Notes: a model not told the origin generated them from the letters alone. A stretch of 64,000 nt of DNA from an uncultured Candidatus Bathyarchaeia archaeon (GCA_964427455.1 CAYRUY010000001.1:22090-86089); one strand, 5' to 3'; counted from the first letter of the stretch, positions 38,948 through 50,014 are shown. Program-made: numbers and translations.

Positions 38948-39441
38948 CTGTCGGATTCCAGACCTCGGTGGCCTCGCCTCGACCGCTTCTCCTCGGTCGT
39001 CGATAGACAAGCCACTGCCCACTGCTACAGCGCCATGGAAACACTTATGTGACGCGGTAGGCCTCAGCTTGCTCTCGCTTGGCTTCGGGGCCTGTGCCAA
39101 TCGATGTCCGAGCAACGGCCACCGCCTCCGTATCGCCGAGGTTGACGCAACCGTGCGGCGTATGACGCGGAAGGAGAGAGTGTCATTCACTATGAACTCA
39201 GTGATATCAAGGAAGACGGCATGTATCGAGAGCGATGGCTTGTCACACCAGATCGAGAGGTGTTCGCGCTAGGAAAGGGGGCACCAGGCTCAACCGCCTC
39301 GCCCTAGAGCAGATCCTGTTGGCAGATGTCCATGACTGCAAGTTCATCTAACGCATAGCCATCCCACGGCAAAACGAGACAGCCTGGCGCAGACCTGCAA
39401 ACCTCAAGATGGCATCTGTGACCCTTATCTCTGCAGGATCG

Positions 39442-41019
39442 TCAAGGTTCCTGAGCGGACGTAGAAAGCTCGGTTAACCTCTCAATCTCGAGGTTCAAAG
39501 CCTTTAGGATCTCATCCCTTAGAGCAAGGCCGCTCAGCCCTCTCTGCGAGATGGTGCCGAGACTCTCTGCAAGTTCGTCGTCATGGAGAACATCACGTAC
39601 CCATCTTTCGAAGTCTCCTCTTCGCGCATGAAACTCAATTGAGCTGAGTGGAACGAAGCTGACCTCCGACGAGAGCTCAGAAAGGCTCGCAGCGCGGAAC
39701 CCAGTTGGCCTCGCGAAACCTTCGAAGAACTTAAAGGCTTTCTCATCTGGAACGGCTTGAAGCTTTCTTGCGCCCAACCTCGCAGGCGTTGCCAGCACTT
39801 CTGCGACACGATGTTCAAAGTCGGCTAGAACGCTCGAATACGTGGTGTAGGCTTCGAGAGCGCTGCCAAAGGGGCTGAAGTAGCTGTGAACATCTCCGGC
39901 TCCTCCACCTTTCGTGGACATGTGGTGGAAGTGGTCGCTGACCTGAAGGGAACGCCAGAGAGCGAGAAGCTCCGGGTTTCTGGCTTCGAGAACGAACGGC
40001 TCAAGGGCCTTGATCCTCTCATACGCGTTCCTCTGCAGGCTGTTTCCTAGCCAAGCCGAGGTATCCCTCTCAAGGTCAGCCCAAGAGAACGTGTTGTAGT
40101 CTCCCACGTCAACCTCGCCTACGGGCGGGTGACCCGGCGCCAGCCTGTTTGGGACTGAAAAGGCAAGGCTAGGGTGCTTGAGGACCTCTCCAGGGAGCGC
40201 GCGCAAGAACTCGTGGATACCTGACTCGGGCCACTGGTGTTCACCGAAGGTTTCGTAGTCCAAGTATATGTTTACGCAGTCACCGCCCGTTGCCGAAAGC
40301 CAAGCAGCATACTTGTCTGCAAACAACGGCCATGCTTCCCAAGACCGAGAGGTGAACCTGAATCCGATGTCGTCTGAGAGTTGATAGTTTCTCGGAAGGA
40401 GTCTCAGGTCTATCCCCTTCGCTTTGTACACGTAGTTCGGGGATCTCCACCCTAGTGCTCTCTCAGCTCCCTCAATCAGCATCGTCTCGAAGCCGAGGTC
40501 TCGAACCGTGGCAGCTACTGAGTTGTTGTACAGGAGCTCCGTGTTCTCGAAGGCCCTCGGCTCACACTTGAAGACGCTTCGGATAAGCTCCCTATGCATC
40601 TTGACCTGTTCAACGAACTCGCCTCTTGCGGCTGAGAAGAGACTTGCCAAGGAGTGGTAGTACGTCTGGCTGAGGAACTCCACGCACCCCGTCTCAGCCA
40701 GCCTTCGGAAGCTCTCTAAGACATCCGGGCGATATCTCTCACACTGCTCAATGAAGACTCCGGATAGGCTGTACGCGACCTCGACTCTCCTCCTATCCTG
40801 CTTATGCTCGTCTATTGCTTCGAGGAGCACATCATTCGCGCGCAGGTAGCATCTGTCAGCCGCCCTTTCCAGAACCTCTCGGTTCAACTCGTGGTCAAAG
40901 TACTTCTCCAGCCTTAGACGATCTGTCAGCCTCCCCAGCTCGAAGAGGTCTCTCAAGAAGTTCCTGTTTAGACGAAATGGCTGGTGTACCATGAAAACGA
41001 AGCAGATCTCGGTCAGCAC
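39442..41019 (-). CDS. Glycoside hydrolase family 57 (alpha-amylase-like) with C-terminal DUF5752-like domain
   Basis: VHQP, QTYYHSL, NTEL, DYETFGEH and SWAD motifs; C-terminal SIEFHARRGDFERWV. Confidence 0.9.
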   Translation of the reverse strand: MLTEICFVFMVHQPFRLNRNFLRDLFELGRLTDRLRLEKYFDHELNREVLERAADRCYLRANDVLLEAIDEHKQDRRRVEVAYSLSGVFIEQCERYRPDVLESFRRLAETGCVEFLSQTYYHSLASLFSAARGEFVEQVKMHRELIRSVFKCEPRAFENTELLYNNSVAATVRDLGFETMLIEGAERALGWRSPNYVYKAKGIDLRLLPRNYQLSDDIGFRFTSRSWEAWPLFADKYAAWLSATGGDCVNIYLDYETFGEHQWPESGIHEFLRALPGEVLKHPSLAFSVPNRLAPGHPPVGEVDVGDYNTFSWADLERDTSAWLGNSLQRNAYERIKALEPFVLEARNPELLALWRSLQVSDHFHHMSTKGGGAGDVHSYFSPFGSALEAYTTYSSVLADFEHRVAEVLATPARLGARKLQAVPDEKAFKFFEGFARPTGFRAASLSELSSEVSFVPLSSIEFHARRGDFERWVRDVLHDDELAESLGTISQRGLSGLALRDEILKALNLEIERLTELSTSAQEP

Positions 41020-41140
41020 GCTTGGCCCCCCTCCGTCTATGGCATGCTCTTCGACTATGGAGATCGTTCGCTACTTCTGAGGGCTGAGGAGTCGCTTTTC
41101 CTTAATAAGACCTTGCCCGTAGTCTTTTGCTAAGGCTGGG

Positions 41141-43657
41141 GTGAGCATGCTAGCAGTTGTGATGGCAGGTGGCAAAGGTGAGAGGCTGAGGCCTTTGACG
41201 GGGACAAGGCCGAAGCCCATGCTGCCCGTTGCCAACAAGCCGATCCTTCAGCACATCCTAGAGCTCCTCCAGGCAAACGGAATCAACGAGTCGTTGGTCA
41301 CGCTTCACTATCTTCCCGGCATCGTGCAGGGCTACTTCCTGAACGGTTCGAAGCTAGGCCTTTCCATCGACTATTCCACCGAGGAACAGCCGATGGGCAC
41401 AGCGGGAGGCGTGAAGAGGCTTGAGGATCATCTCTCGGAGCGCTTCATGGTCCTAAGCGGCGACGTTCTGACCGACATCAACCTCTCTGAAGTCGTTGCT
41501 TTCCACAGGAAGACTGGCGCATTGGCAACGATCACCTTGACAAGAGTCCAGAACCCGACCGAGTTCGGGGTGGTTCTGACCGACGCTGATGGGAAGGTGG
41601 TGAGATTCCTTGAGAAACCGGGTTGGGGCGAGGTTTTCAGCGACACGGTAAACGCTGGCATCTACGTCTTGGAGCCTGAGGCTCTTTCATATGTGCCGAC
41701 CAGTCAACCGTTTGACTTCAGCAAGGACCTCTTCCCAGCGCTTCTCGCGCGCGGAGAGTCCGTCTACGCCCTCGCCCCAGGAGGGTACTGGTGTGACATC
41801 GGCAGCTTCCAGCAGTATGTTCAGGCGAACCAGGATGCGCTCAACGGCGTCGTGAAGCTAAGCATTCTAGGTAGGCAGGTCGCGCCAAAGGTCTGGGTAG
41901 GAGAGGGAACCGAGCTTCACCGCTCAGCGGAGGTCAAGGGGCCTTCGGTCATAGGCAGCGGGTGCAGGATCATGGAAGACGTGAGGATCGGCGAGCTCTC
42001 TGTGATAGGAGCCAACGTGCGCCTCGAAAGGGGCGTCTCCGTGGAGCGCTCCATCATATGGGACAACGCTGTCATCGGGCTCTCCTCCGAGCTCATGGGC
42101 TGCGTCATCTGCGAACGCTGCAGCGCGAAGGGCCAGGTAAGAGTTCTTGAAGGCGCGGCAATGGGCGACGACTGCCAGCTAGGGCAGGGAAGCACGGTTC
42201 AAGCTGGCATAAAGGTCTGGCCTGGAAAAGTGATAGAGGCAGGGGCTACGCTCAACATGGACCTTAGATGGGGTATCCGATGGATGAGGAATCTCTTTGG
42301 CACCCATGGGATCACCGGGCTTGCAAACGTCGAGATCACCCCTGAGTTCGCCTCGAAGCTCGGCGCCGCCTTCGGCTCATGCCTAAAGACTGGGTCAAAG
42401 GTTCTCGTGGGAAGGGATACGCACAGGGTCTCAAGGATGATTAAGAGAGCTCTGATTGCGGGTCTGACCTCGGCCGGTGTTGAGGTCGTCAATCTCAGAA
42501 TGGCCCCTGCCCCCATCGTCAGATACCTTATCGGAGGCCTGGACCTAGACGGTGGGCTTTCAGTCAAGGTCCCTCAGATTGACCAGAGGTCTGTGAATAT
42601 CGAGTTCTTCGACCAGAGAGGAATGGACATCGCGCCCTCAGTCGAGAAAGAGGTGGAGCGCCGATTCTTCCGAGAAGACCTCAGAAGGGTCTACATGGAC
42701 GAGGTCGGCGACATTACTTATCCGTCACGTGCCCTAGAGCTCTACCGCGAAGGCTTCATGAGACACGTCGACAGGGGAGCCATACAGTCGCGGGGGCTGA
42801 AAGTCGTTCTCGACTGCGCCAACGGCGCGGGTTCCCTCGCCGCGCCCACTCTGCTGGCTGAGGCAGGGTGTGAAGTGGTCACTTTGAACGCCAGGATAGA
42901 TGAACTCGTGGGGCCACGGGACTTCGAGGAGATGCCTCGTTCGCTTGCCGCCCTCGCCAATATCGTGAAAGCGTTGGACGCGGACCTGGGCATAGCCCTA
43001 GATGGAGACGCAGACAGGGCCATCTTTGTCGACGAGCGCGGCGGGGTGGTCTCCGGCGACCTTGCATTGGCCCTCATGGCGATGACGGCCGTCAAGAACA
43101 GAGAGGGCGGGAAGGTCGTTCTCCCGGTAAGCGCCTCCTCGGCCGTAGAGAAGGTTGTCGGCGCGCTCGGAGGCTCAGTCCTCAGGGCAAGAGTAGGGGC
43201 CCACTCACTTCAGAGCACCGTCCTACGCGAGCAGGCAGTGTTCGGTGGTGAAGAGACAGGAAGCTTCATCTTCCCTGAGTTCCAACCCGGCTTCGACGGG
43301 CTGTTCGGCTCCGTGAAGGCGGCGGAGATGCTCGCTAGAGCAGACAGGCCGATGTCAAGTATCGTGGGTGAAATCCCTAGCTTCTACCTTGTCAGAAAGG
43401 AGGTTACGTGCCCGTGGCATCATCAAGGAAAGGTCTTCAGGAGCATCGTTGAAGATATGAGAGAGTCTCAGGTGGACACGTTGGACGGCGTGAAGCTCAT
43501 TGAGGACGACAGCTGGGTTCTGTTCTTGCCCAACGCGGAGAAGCCGGTCGTCAACCTCTTCGCAGAAGCCCCCTCCCTGGAGCAAGCACAGAAACTTGTC
43601 GCTCAGTATGAGACGAAGATACAGGCCTTGATCTCTTCCGAATTCATAGCCGCCTGA
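41141..43657 (+). CDS. Sugar-phosphate nucleotidyltransferase (LbH) fused to a phosphomannomutase-like domain
   Basis: MAGGKGERLRPLT, FLEKP, YWCDIG, hexapeptide repeats, LFGTHG, DGDADR and GGEETG. Confidence 0.9.
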   Translation: MSMLAVVMAGGKGERLRPLTGTRPKPMLPVANKPILQHILELLQANGINESLVTLHYLPGIVQGYFLNGSKLGLSIDYSTEEQPMGTAGGVKRLEDHLSERFMVLSGDVLTDINLSEVVAFHRKTGALATITLTRVQNPTEFGVVLTDADGKVVRFLEKPGWGEVFSDTVNAGIYVLEPEALSYVPTSQPFDFSKDLFPALLARGESVYALAPGGYWCDIGSFQQYVQANQDALNGVVKLSILGRQVAPKVWVGEGTELHRSAEVKGPSVIGSGCRIMEDVRIGELSVIGANVRLERGVSVERSIIWDNAVIGLSSELMGCVICERCSAKGQVRVLEGAAMGDDCQLGQGSTVQAGIKVWPGKVIEAGATLNMDLRWGIRWMRNLFGTHGITGLANVEITPEFASKLGAAFGSCLKTGSKVLVGRDTHRVSRMIKRALIAGLTSAGVEVVNLRMAPAPIVRYLIGGLDLDGGLSVKVPQIDQRSVNIEFFDQRGMDIAPSVEKEVERRFFREDLRRVYMDEVGDITYPSRALELYREGFMRHVDRGAIQSRGLKVVLDCANGAGSLAAPTLLAEAGCEVVTLNARIDELVGPRDFEEMPRSLAALANIVKALDADLGIALDGDADRAIFVDERGGVVSGDLALALMAMTAVKNREGGKVVLPVSASSAVEKVVGALGGSVLRARVGAHSLQSTVLREQAVFGGEETGSFIFPEFQPGFDGLFGSVKAAEMLARADRPMSSIVGEIPSFYLVRKEVTCPWHHQGKVFRSIVEDMRESQVDTLDGVKLIEDDSWVLFLPNAEKPVVNLFAEAPSLEQAQKLVAQYETKIQALISSEFIAA

Positions 43658-43692
43658 GCCGAGAGAGATCCGCTTGACGAGGAGGGCGCCGC

Positions 43693-44856
43693 TTGAACGT
43701 CTGCATGCTTTCATGGGAGTTCCCTCCTAGGATTGTGGGAGGCATCGCGTCGCACTGTCTCGGCCTCTCTAGAAGCCTCGTAAGTCAAGGCTGCGAGGTT
43801 CACGTCGTCACGCTGGACTTCCCAGGCGCCCCCGCCGAGGAGAACGTTGATGGGGTCAAGGTTCACAGGGTCTCGGTTGAGACAGGCCACCCGAACTTCT
43901 TGGTTTGGACTCTTCTCTTTAACCACTTCTTGGAGAAGAGGGTTGCGGATGTGAATGCCTTCTCGCGATTCGAGATTATCCATTCTCATGACTGGCTCAC
44001 CGTTCACGCGGGGATTGCGGCAAAGCACTTCCTCGCGAAGCCTCTCGTCGCCACATTCCACAGCACTGAACGCGGTCGAACTCAAGGACTCTCAGATCCC
44101 GATGCGTTCACCATCAGCGGACTTGAATGGTGGGGGATCTACGAGGCGAAGAGACTGATTGCGGTCAGTCACTCGATGGCAGACCAGGTCTGTGGCGAGT
44201 ACAGGGTGCCGCGAGACAAGGTCAGGGTCATTCCTAACGGCGTCGACCCCGCCCAGTATGAGATACACGTCGACAAGGCCAGAGTACGCGGGAGGTTCGG
44301 CCTGTCGGAACATGATAGACTGGTCTTGTTCGTCGGGAGATTGGTCCCTGCCAAAGGAGTGGAGTACTTAATCAGCGCTGTGCCCGCGATCTCAAGACGA
44401 TACCCCAATGCCAGGTTCATCTTGGTCGGTGATGGTTGGCAGAGGAAGCAGCTTGAGGATCGGGCTCGCTCCACAGGAGAGAGCTGGCGGATCATCTTCG
44501 CGGGCTTTATTCCTACAAGGGATGTCATTGAGCTGCTGCACGCTGCGGATGTCCTCGCGGTCCCTTCTGTCTACGAGCCCTTCGGCATCGTGGCCGTTGA
44601 AGGAATGGCCTGTGGCGTCCCGGTAGTCGCAAGCAACGTCGACGGTCTATCTGAGGTCGTTCAGCACATGAAGACGGGTCTCCACATCTATCCGCGGAGC
44701 CCTGAGTCCATAGAATGGGCCGTGGACCAGGTATTCTCGAATCAGAACTTGGCGAGAGAGATGGCTTATAACGCCAAGCAGAGCGTTCTGGCGAAGTACA
44801 ACTGGGACTCGGTGGCGAAAGAAACCTTGTGGGTGTACAAGGAGGCTACTGGATGA
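43693..44856 (+). CDS. Glycosyltransferase family 4 (glycogen-synthase-like)
   Basis: WEFPPRIVGG, HSHDW, HSTE and PSVYEPFGIVAVE motifs. Confidence 0.9.
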   Translation: MNVCMLSWEFPPRIVGGIASHCLGLSRSLVSQGCEVHVVTLDFPGAPAEENVDGVKVHRVSVETGHPNFLVWTLLFNHFLEKRVADVNAFSRFEIIHSHDWLTVHAGIAAKHFLAKPLVATFHSTERGRTQGLSDPDAFTISGLEWWGIYEAKRLIAVSHSMADQVCGEYRVPRDKVRVIPNGVDPAQYEIHVDKARVRGRFGLSEHDRLVLFVGRLVPAKGVEYLISAVPAISRRYPNARFILVGDGWQRKQLEDRARSTGESWRIIFAGFIPTRDVIELLHAADVLAVPSVYEPFGIVAVEGMACGVPVVASNVDGLSEVVQHMKTGLHIYPRSPESIEWAVDQVFSNQNLAREMAYNAKQSVLAKYNWDSVAKETLWVYKEATG

Positions 44857-45122
44857 CCGCGACCGGAATACCTAGCAGGGTGCCTGCGGACGATGCGATT
44901 GTTCTTCTCTGCGCCATGCAGAACCTTGGCATCACCAGGAGAGACCTGGCCTCTTCGATCGAGAGCCTCTCCTCAAGGGCTGGCCTCAGCCTCGACAGGG
45001 TACGGTCTGCCCTAGCCTCGCTACTCGCCGACGGGTTTGTCGAAGAGGTGAGAGGCGACGGGTCGAGGGATTACTATGTGACTGCCAGGGGCATCCTCAC
45101 CGCTGTCTCGATCTTCTCGTAG
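44853..45122 (+). CDS. Small winged-helix protein
   Basis: HTH followed by L..GFVE..YYVTARG; ATG overlaps the GT4 stop codon. Confidence 0.7.
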   Translation: MTATGIPSRVPADDAIVLLCAMQNLGITRRDLASSIESLSSRAGLSLDRVRSALASLLADGFVEEVRGDGSRDYYVTARGILTAVSIFS

Positions 45123-45229
45123 CACACGACCTCGCTCAGGGGTTTGAACTGTGCACGACCATAGCCGCTTGATCTCTGAATCGATCTCTACAGGGTCTTT
45201 GTGACATCTACGCTAGTCGAGGCGATTCC

Positions 45230-45679
45230 ATGGCCCAGCCGGTAGCCCCCACCGTTCGATTCGAGTTCCTCGAGCATAAAGCGGACGCGTACATCGCCGC
45301 TTACGGGACCTCCCTAGAGCAGTGCTTCGAGAACGCCGGGCTAGCGCTCTTTGAGACGATGACCGATACAGGCAAAGTGGCAAAGACCGTAGAAGAGGAG
45401 GTCCAGGTCTCTGGTCGAGATGAGGTTGGCCTGCTGTACTCTTGGCTCGAACGCCTGTTGGTGATGTTTGAGACCGGCGGCAACCTCTACTCGTGCTTCA
45501 AGGTATTGGAGATTCAGCGAACAGAAGACGGTTACTGTCTTCGAGCCAGGGTATGGGGGGAGCCCTTCAACCCAGCCGTGCACGTCCAGAAGACTGAGGT
45601 GAAGGCAGTCACTTACCACCAGATGGAGATCGTCGAGGAGAATGGGATGGTGGTCGCGCGTTTCATCCTTGACCTCTGA
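45230..45679 (+). CDS. Archease (RtcB tRNA ligase cofactor)
   Basis: FEFLEHKAD, EVKAVTYH and C-terminal FILDL. Confidence 0.92.
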   Translation: MAQPVAPTVRFEFLEHKADAYIAAYGTSLEQCFENAGLALFETMTDTGKVAKTVEEEVQVSGRDEVGLLYSWLERLLVMFETGGNLYSCFKVLEIQRTEDGYCLRARVWGEPFNPAVHVQKTEVKAVTYHQMEIVEENGMVVARFILDL

Positions 45680-45766
45680 CCGCGGTTGGCTGGACCCGGG
45701 TTCTCCCCGTTGGATCTCCGGCGGGATGGCGGCTCGACTCTAAACGCGTTGACGTTGCGTAGTCCG

Positions 45767-46816
45767 TTATCGTGGTAGCCTCTTAGGCACGTCTGGCAGA
45801 CCGAACCTTTTGTGAGGCTCAACTTGGTACCAGTAGGCTATGCTTGAGTAGTCGTTGCTTTGGTCGTTGGCATGCCCATGCTCGATCGAGACGCGAATCG
45901 ACTTCTTGAAATGGACCGGGTCCTCGATGTGGAAGCGATATACGCTCCATTTCCCAGACCACTCATGTACGTCGCCTGCCAGCGAGACGCCTGTGTACGG
46001 TCCTGAGTACTCGCCGCACGGGAAGCCCCAAGCTGCGCCGAAGTAGTCTTCGGTTCCAGTACCGTGGAGGGAAGGAGGCCACCGTTCGCCATCGATGAAG
46101 ATCATGTCGTCGCCTTCGCCGAACCACGTGTAATTCTGATGGAAGGCGTTCACGTTGTCGACGTTGAGGACGCAGCCTACATAGTGTCCCCTTCCCTCCG
46201 CCTCGAGAATGACGTAATTCTCGTCGCCCGTCAGGTTGACCTCGTTTGTCGGGTCGGGGAACTCAACCCTCTGGCATGGGTTCTCTCGGTTCCATTGTGC
46301 GTGGAACCTAGCCTGATCCTGAGGGAGGCTCATCAGCTCCTCGTAGTCGACCTGGTAGTAGAATGACCTAACCGGGGCTTGGCACTGGTTCTCAACCTCA
46401 ATCTGGGCTGAGGTGGCGTAAGGCATGGGCCAGTAGCAGTTCATGCCTGCGTTCTGGCCTCTTCCCGCAGCCTTCACCATGGTTAAGGGGAGCGATATGA
46501 AGTGGTTCGCTAAAGCGTGACCTACTCCGAAGAAGTCGCCGACGGGCACGTTCACGCTTGGCTCAGTCTCGTTGTCCCAGAACACCCTGAGGGCGAGTTT
46601 GCGGAGATATTGTCGGTCCTCGCAGCTTATCGTGAACCAGATGTGGCGTATGCAACCGGCTCCCTCAATGTCGGCCAACACCGCGGTCTTGCCAGGCTCG
46701 ATCACTATGAAGTCCCTGTTCCCGCCTGTCACGTCATAGCTCGAAGCCCTCTTGCTCACGCAGTCTCTCAAGGTGGCCATGTCTGATAAGGGACCGACTC
46801 CAAGCCCATTCGACAT
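45767..46816 (-). CDS. DUF2961 / GH172-like glycoside hydrolase
   Basis: SSYDVTGGNRD, IRHIW, WFGEGDDM, GTGTEDYF and YRFHIEDP motifs. Confidence 0.88.
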   Translation of the reverse strand: MSNGLGVGPLSDMATLRDCVSKRASSYDVTGGNRDFIVIEPGKTAVLADIEGAGCIRHIWFTISCEDRQYLRKLALRVFWDNETEPSVNVPVGDFFGVGHALANHFISLPLTMVKAAGRGQNAGMNCYWPMPYATSAQIEVENQCQAPVRSFYYQVDYEELMSLPQDQARFHAQWNRENPCQRVEFPDPTNEVNLTGDENYVILEAEGRGHYVGCVLNVDNVNAFHQNYTWFGEGDDMIFIDGERWPPSLHGTGTEDYFGAAWGFPCGEYSGPYTGVSLAGDVHEWSGKWSVYRFHIEDPVHFKKSIRVSIEHGHANDQSNDYSSIAYWYQVEPHKRFGLPDVPKRLPR

Positions 46817-47227
46817 TCGAACACCTTGGCTCCGCTATCCCTCCTCGGCGGCTATAATGTCTTCGCCTCTTTCGCCCTCAGGCCGGATGTAGGTCACAAA
46901 CGAGAGTGACATACGTGAGAGGTGACACCGAAGGTTGCCTACCATCCGCTCAGGCTCGTGGCCGCAAAGTTGCAAGTCATCTCTCTGCGACATGGTTTTG
47001 CGCTCAAGCTCGCACCGATTGGAATGCAGCTCCTCACCGTCTACGTTCCGGGCTGAGGCTTAAATAGGCCCCTTCTCTGAGAAGAGGCCGATCCCTACTG
47101 GTTGCGCCCACGTTCATCTTTCACCGATCTACAGGTTCATCTATGCAGAAAGAATTGTCGCCGAGAAGGGCATCTAAGCCTTGCAGCATCACTGGAGAAG
47201 GAGGTGTGAGATATCACCGATCATTCA

Positions 47228-47860
47228 TTGCCCTCTGATACTAAAGGCTGGATCAAGATTTCCTCGATTGGTTTCTTCGTATCCTATGCCGTAGCAGCCA
47301 GCCTAGGCCTTGCTTTCCCAAGCCAGATCAGCGCGTTCACGCAGGCCTTTATCAATCTCTTAGGAGGCGCCAAGGGTCGAGTTTGGACAGACCAGCAACT
47401 TTTCTTGTACGTGTTTACCTGGAACACGATGGTAGTTCTTATCATTCTCGGCATGGGAGTTCTCGCCCTGTCCTTCGCCTATCCAGTATCCTTCGGATTC
47501 TTCGTCGGCTTAACAGCAGGAACTTGGTGCTACCGTCGCAGAGTTCCCTTCAACCCTTGGACGCTAGCAATGGTTCCATGGGGAACACATGGATGGATAG
47601 AAGTAACCTACATAATCCTTGCCAGCGCGATCACCATGAAAATCGGATTAGGGATGTTCGGGATGAGAAATGCAAGGGACCTCTTGAAATACATGTTCTC
47701 TATACCGCGGCCTATTCCCGGCTGGAAGCAAACGACAAAACCCATGTTGAAGAGGGTCATCACCCTCTACCTGTGCCTCATAATCCCGGCAGTCGCCTTC
47801 GGCGCATGCTTTGAAGCCTACATAACTGATCTGATTTTTCGCTGGTTCTATCCCGCTTGA
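47228..47860 (+). CDS. SpoIIM-like (DUF95) integral membrane protein
   Basis: Multiple TM segments; FTWN, HGWIE and FEAYIT motifs. Confidence 0.7.
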   Translation: MPSDTKGWIKISSIGFFVSYAVAASLGLAFPSQISAFTQAFINLLGGAKGRVWTDQQLFLYVFTWNTMVVLIILGMGVLALSFAYPVSFGFFVGLTAGTWCYRRRVPFNPWTLAMVPWGTHGWIEVTYIILASAITMKIGLGMFGMRNARDLLKYMFSIPRPIPGWKQTTKPMLKRVITLYLCLIIPAVAFGACFEAYITDLIFRWFYPA

Positions 47861-48054
47861 CTAGACAAGGCTTAGAGGGCAGGGGAGACGCCGAAGCTCG
47901 AAGCAAACTCCGCACCTACGCTAACCATGGGCTTCTTGGCGAACGTAACCCAAGAACCATGTCCCTCTCGAAATTAGAAAGAGTCTACCCGGAGCAACAC
48001 TCGCATTCGTATACGTTTCCGTCCTCGCGGAAACCACGTTCATAATCACACCCG

Positions 48055-48261
48055 TCACAACTCCCTACACAGGTCAAAACTGCTAAGGATGCGGGCGATA
48101 CCTTGGTGAACATGTACGGGCAGATTCACCCGGTTGCCGCAGCTCTTGAAGCCCAGCCTCCGCTTCAACTCCTTCGCGCGAGCGATGTTCGGGCGCGACA
48201 GGCGGCAGTTCATGCAGCTGTGAGCCAGCCTCTCTAAGGATTCGAGGTCGGGTTCGCTCAC
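48055..48261 (-). CDS. Small Cys-containing hypothetical protein
   Basis: 68 aa with CMNC and SCG; divergent from the MBL gene across a TATATAA element near 48282. Confidence 0.4.
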   Translation of the reverse strand: MSEPDLESLERLAHSCMNCRLSRPNIARAKELKRRLGFKSCGNRVNLPVHVHQGIARILSSFDLCREL

Positions 48262-48317
48262 TCTCGGCCGCCCTCAGCCCTATATAAGCTGAGTCTCGAG
48301 CATGTGACGGTGTTGCC

Positions 48318-49208
48318 ATGCGGTTGGCCGAGGGCGTACATCTCATCAAGTGTCCTTTCTCCCGGTATTTCACCAGCGTCTGTGCCATTCTCGGCGAGGA
48401 GATCGCCTTGGTCGACTCGGGGACTGCTTCCTCTCCGGACGAGGCCATCCTGCCGTATCTGAGCAGCCTGAGAAGAGAGCCAGAGGAGATAACGCACGTC
48501 ATCCTGACGCATGGGCATTTCGACCACTGCGGCGGCGCAGCCCTCCTGAAGAAGCGTTTCTCCACAAAGGTCGTGGTTCATGAACTTGACAGACCCTTCG
48601 TAGAAGACGCGCTGCTCATCGACAGGCAGCTCTACAGTCGTTTTCGAACACAGCCCATCCCTAAGGAGGCCGCGTTTCAGTCGGTGGAGGCAGACATCAC
48701 GGTGAAGGAGGGCGACTCCTTGAAGGTGGCCGGCCGAGAGCTGACGTTTCTCCATCTGCCGGGTCACTCGCCCGGGTCTATGGCAGTGGTTGACCGAGAG
48801 CTAGGCCTATACATAGCAGGTGACTCTCCTCAAGGCAGAGGAGTAGATCGCCCGCTTCTTTTCCACAGCTCCACTGAGTACGAGGCCTCCATGAAGAGGC
48901 TTAGTTCCCAGCCCATAAGCATGCTAGTGCTTGGCCATCCGTTCCCGCCCTTGGAGAAGCCGGTTCTCAGCGGCGACGAGGCGAACCTCCATGCTCGGGA
49001 GAGCCTCTCCGCCGTCAGGGAGCTCACCGTAAACGTTCAGCGAGCTCTGAGCCAAGCGAGAAAGCCGAGCAGTCTCGAGGAGGCCCAGGCCGGGCTTCCT
49101 GGAACGCAGGGCGTTTCAGTCGGGTGTGTTCTCGAAGCTCTAGTCAGAGACGGGAAGGCTAGAGAGCTTAGGGTAGACGGCCGGCCACTATGGGTGGCTG
49201 CCGCCTGA
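48318..49208 (+). CDS. Metallo-beta-lactamase fold hydrolase
   Basis: LTHGHFDHCGG, PGHSPGS, AGD and GH motifs. Confidence 0.9.
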   Translation: MRLAEGVHLIKCPFSRYFTSVCAILGEEIALVDSGTASSPDEAILPYLSSLRREPEEITHVILTHGHFDHCGGAALLKKRFSTKVVVHELDRPFVEDALLIDRQLYSRFRTQPIPKEAAFQSVEADITVKEGDSLKVAGRELTFLHLPGHSPGSMAVVDRELGLYIAGDSPQGRGVDRPLLFHSSTEYEASMKRLSSQPISMLVLGHPFPPLEKPVLSGDEANLHARESLSAVRELTVNVQRALSQARKPSSLEEAQAGLPGTQGVSVGCVLEALVRDGKARELRVDGRPLWVAAA

Positions 49209-49289
49209 GAGTATCCAGTGCCGCACATCAGATGGTCGCGGTCTGGCCGAGGAAGCCTGATTCCGGTCTTAACGACTCTCGGCCACCCG

Positions 49290-49805
49290 CTACCCTCTCC
49301 CGGCCGTAGATGCCTTCATCGGAGTGGGCAGGTAGAGATACAGCGTGTGTCGATCGATGAGACCGAGGCGGCTCATCTTCTCAACCCTGCAAGGCATCCA
49401 GCCAGCGACCGGGTAGTCGTGCGAGACAACCCTGGCGCTTCGCTTGAGCTCTCGTTCGAGTTTGGGCCTCAGCCTCTCGTTGACTCCAGGGTAGAGATAC
49501 ATGGTGACAACGTCTGCCTCGCCCAGGTCGAAGTGAAAGAGGTCTCCGCAGACCATTCGAGCCCTGTCCTTCACGCCAGCTTGGGCAATCCTAGCTTTTC
49601 CTCGCTCCACTAGATCTGCGCGTCTCTCAACCCCGATGGCTCTTGCGCCGAACTCCGCGGCGGCGACGCTGACGATACCCCCGTCTCCGGCGCCTAGGTC
49701 ACAGACGAGTTCTGAGGGCTCTAACTCTGCCAACGTTAGCATACGTCTAACGACGTTCAACGGAGAGGGCACGAAGGGCACCCAAGAGCTGGAGCCTACG
49801 CCCAT
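49290..49805 (-). CDS. Class I SAM-dependent methyltransferase (protein-lysine methyltransferase-like)
   Basis: VPFVPSP, DLGAGDG, ADVVTMYL and RVVSHDY motifs; start refined to 49805. Confidence 0.85.
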   Translation of the reverse strand: MGVGSSSWVPFVPSPLNVVRRMLTLAELEPSELVCDLGAGDGGIVSVAAAEFGARAIGVERRADLVERGKARIAQAGVKDRARMVCGDLFHFDLGEADVVTMYLYPGVNERLRPKLERELKRSARVVSHDYPVAGWMPCRVEKMSRLGLIDRHTLYLYLPTPMKASTAGRG

Positions 49806-50014
49806 GCGCAGATAGCTTTCCTCATCGAGTGCCTGGAGCTCGATGAAGAAGCCTCTCAGTCTTTTGAGACCCTTCCAGCGAGCCAACCTAGCTGACGGTT
49901 GTGGCAAGCCCCTTTAAGGCTTGCCGAAGCCGCGGTCTGTCCTCTGGCCTTCTGAAGCCCAGCTGGCCAGGCGATACTCCTCACACGGCCAAACGCGGGG
50001 AGAGGGCCGACCCT

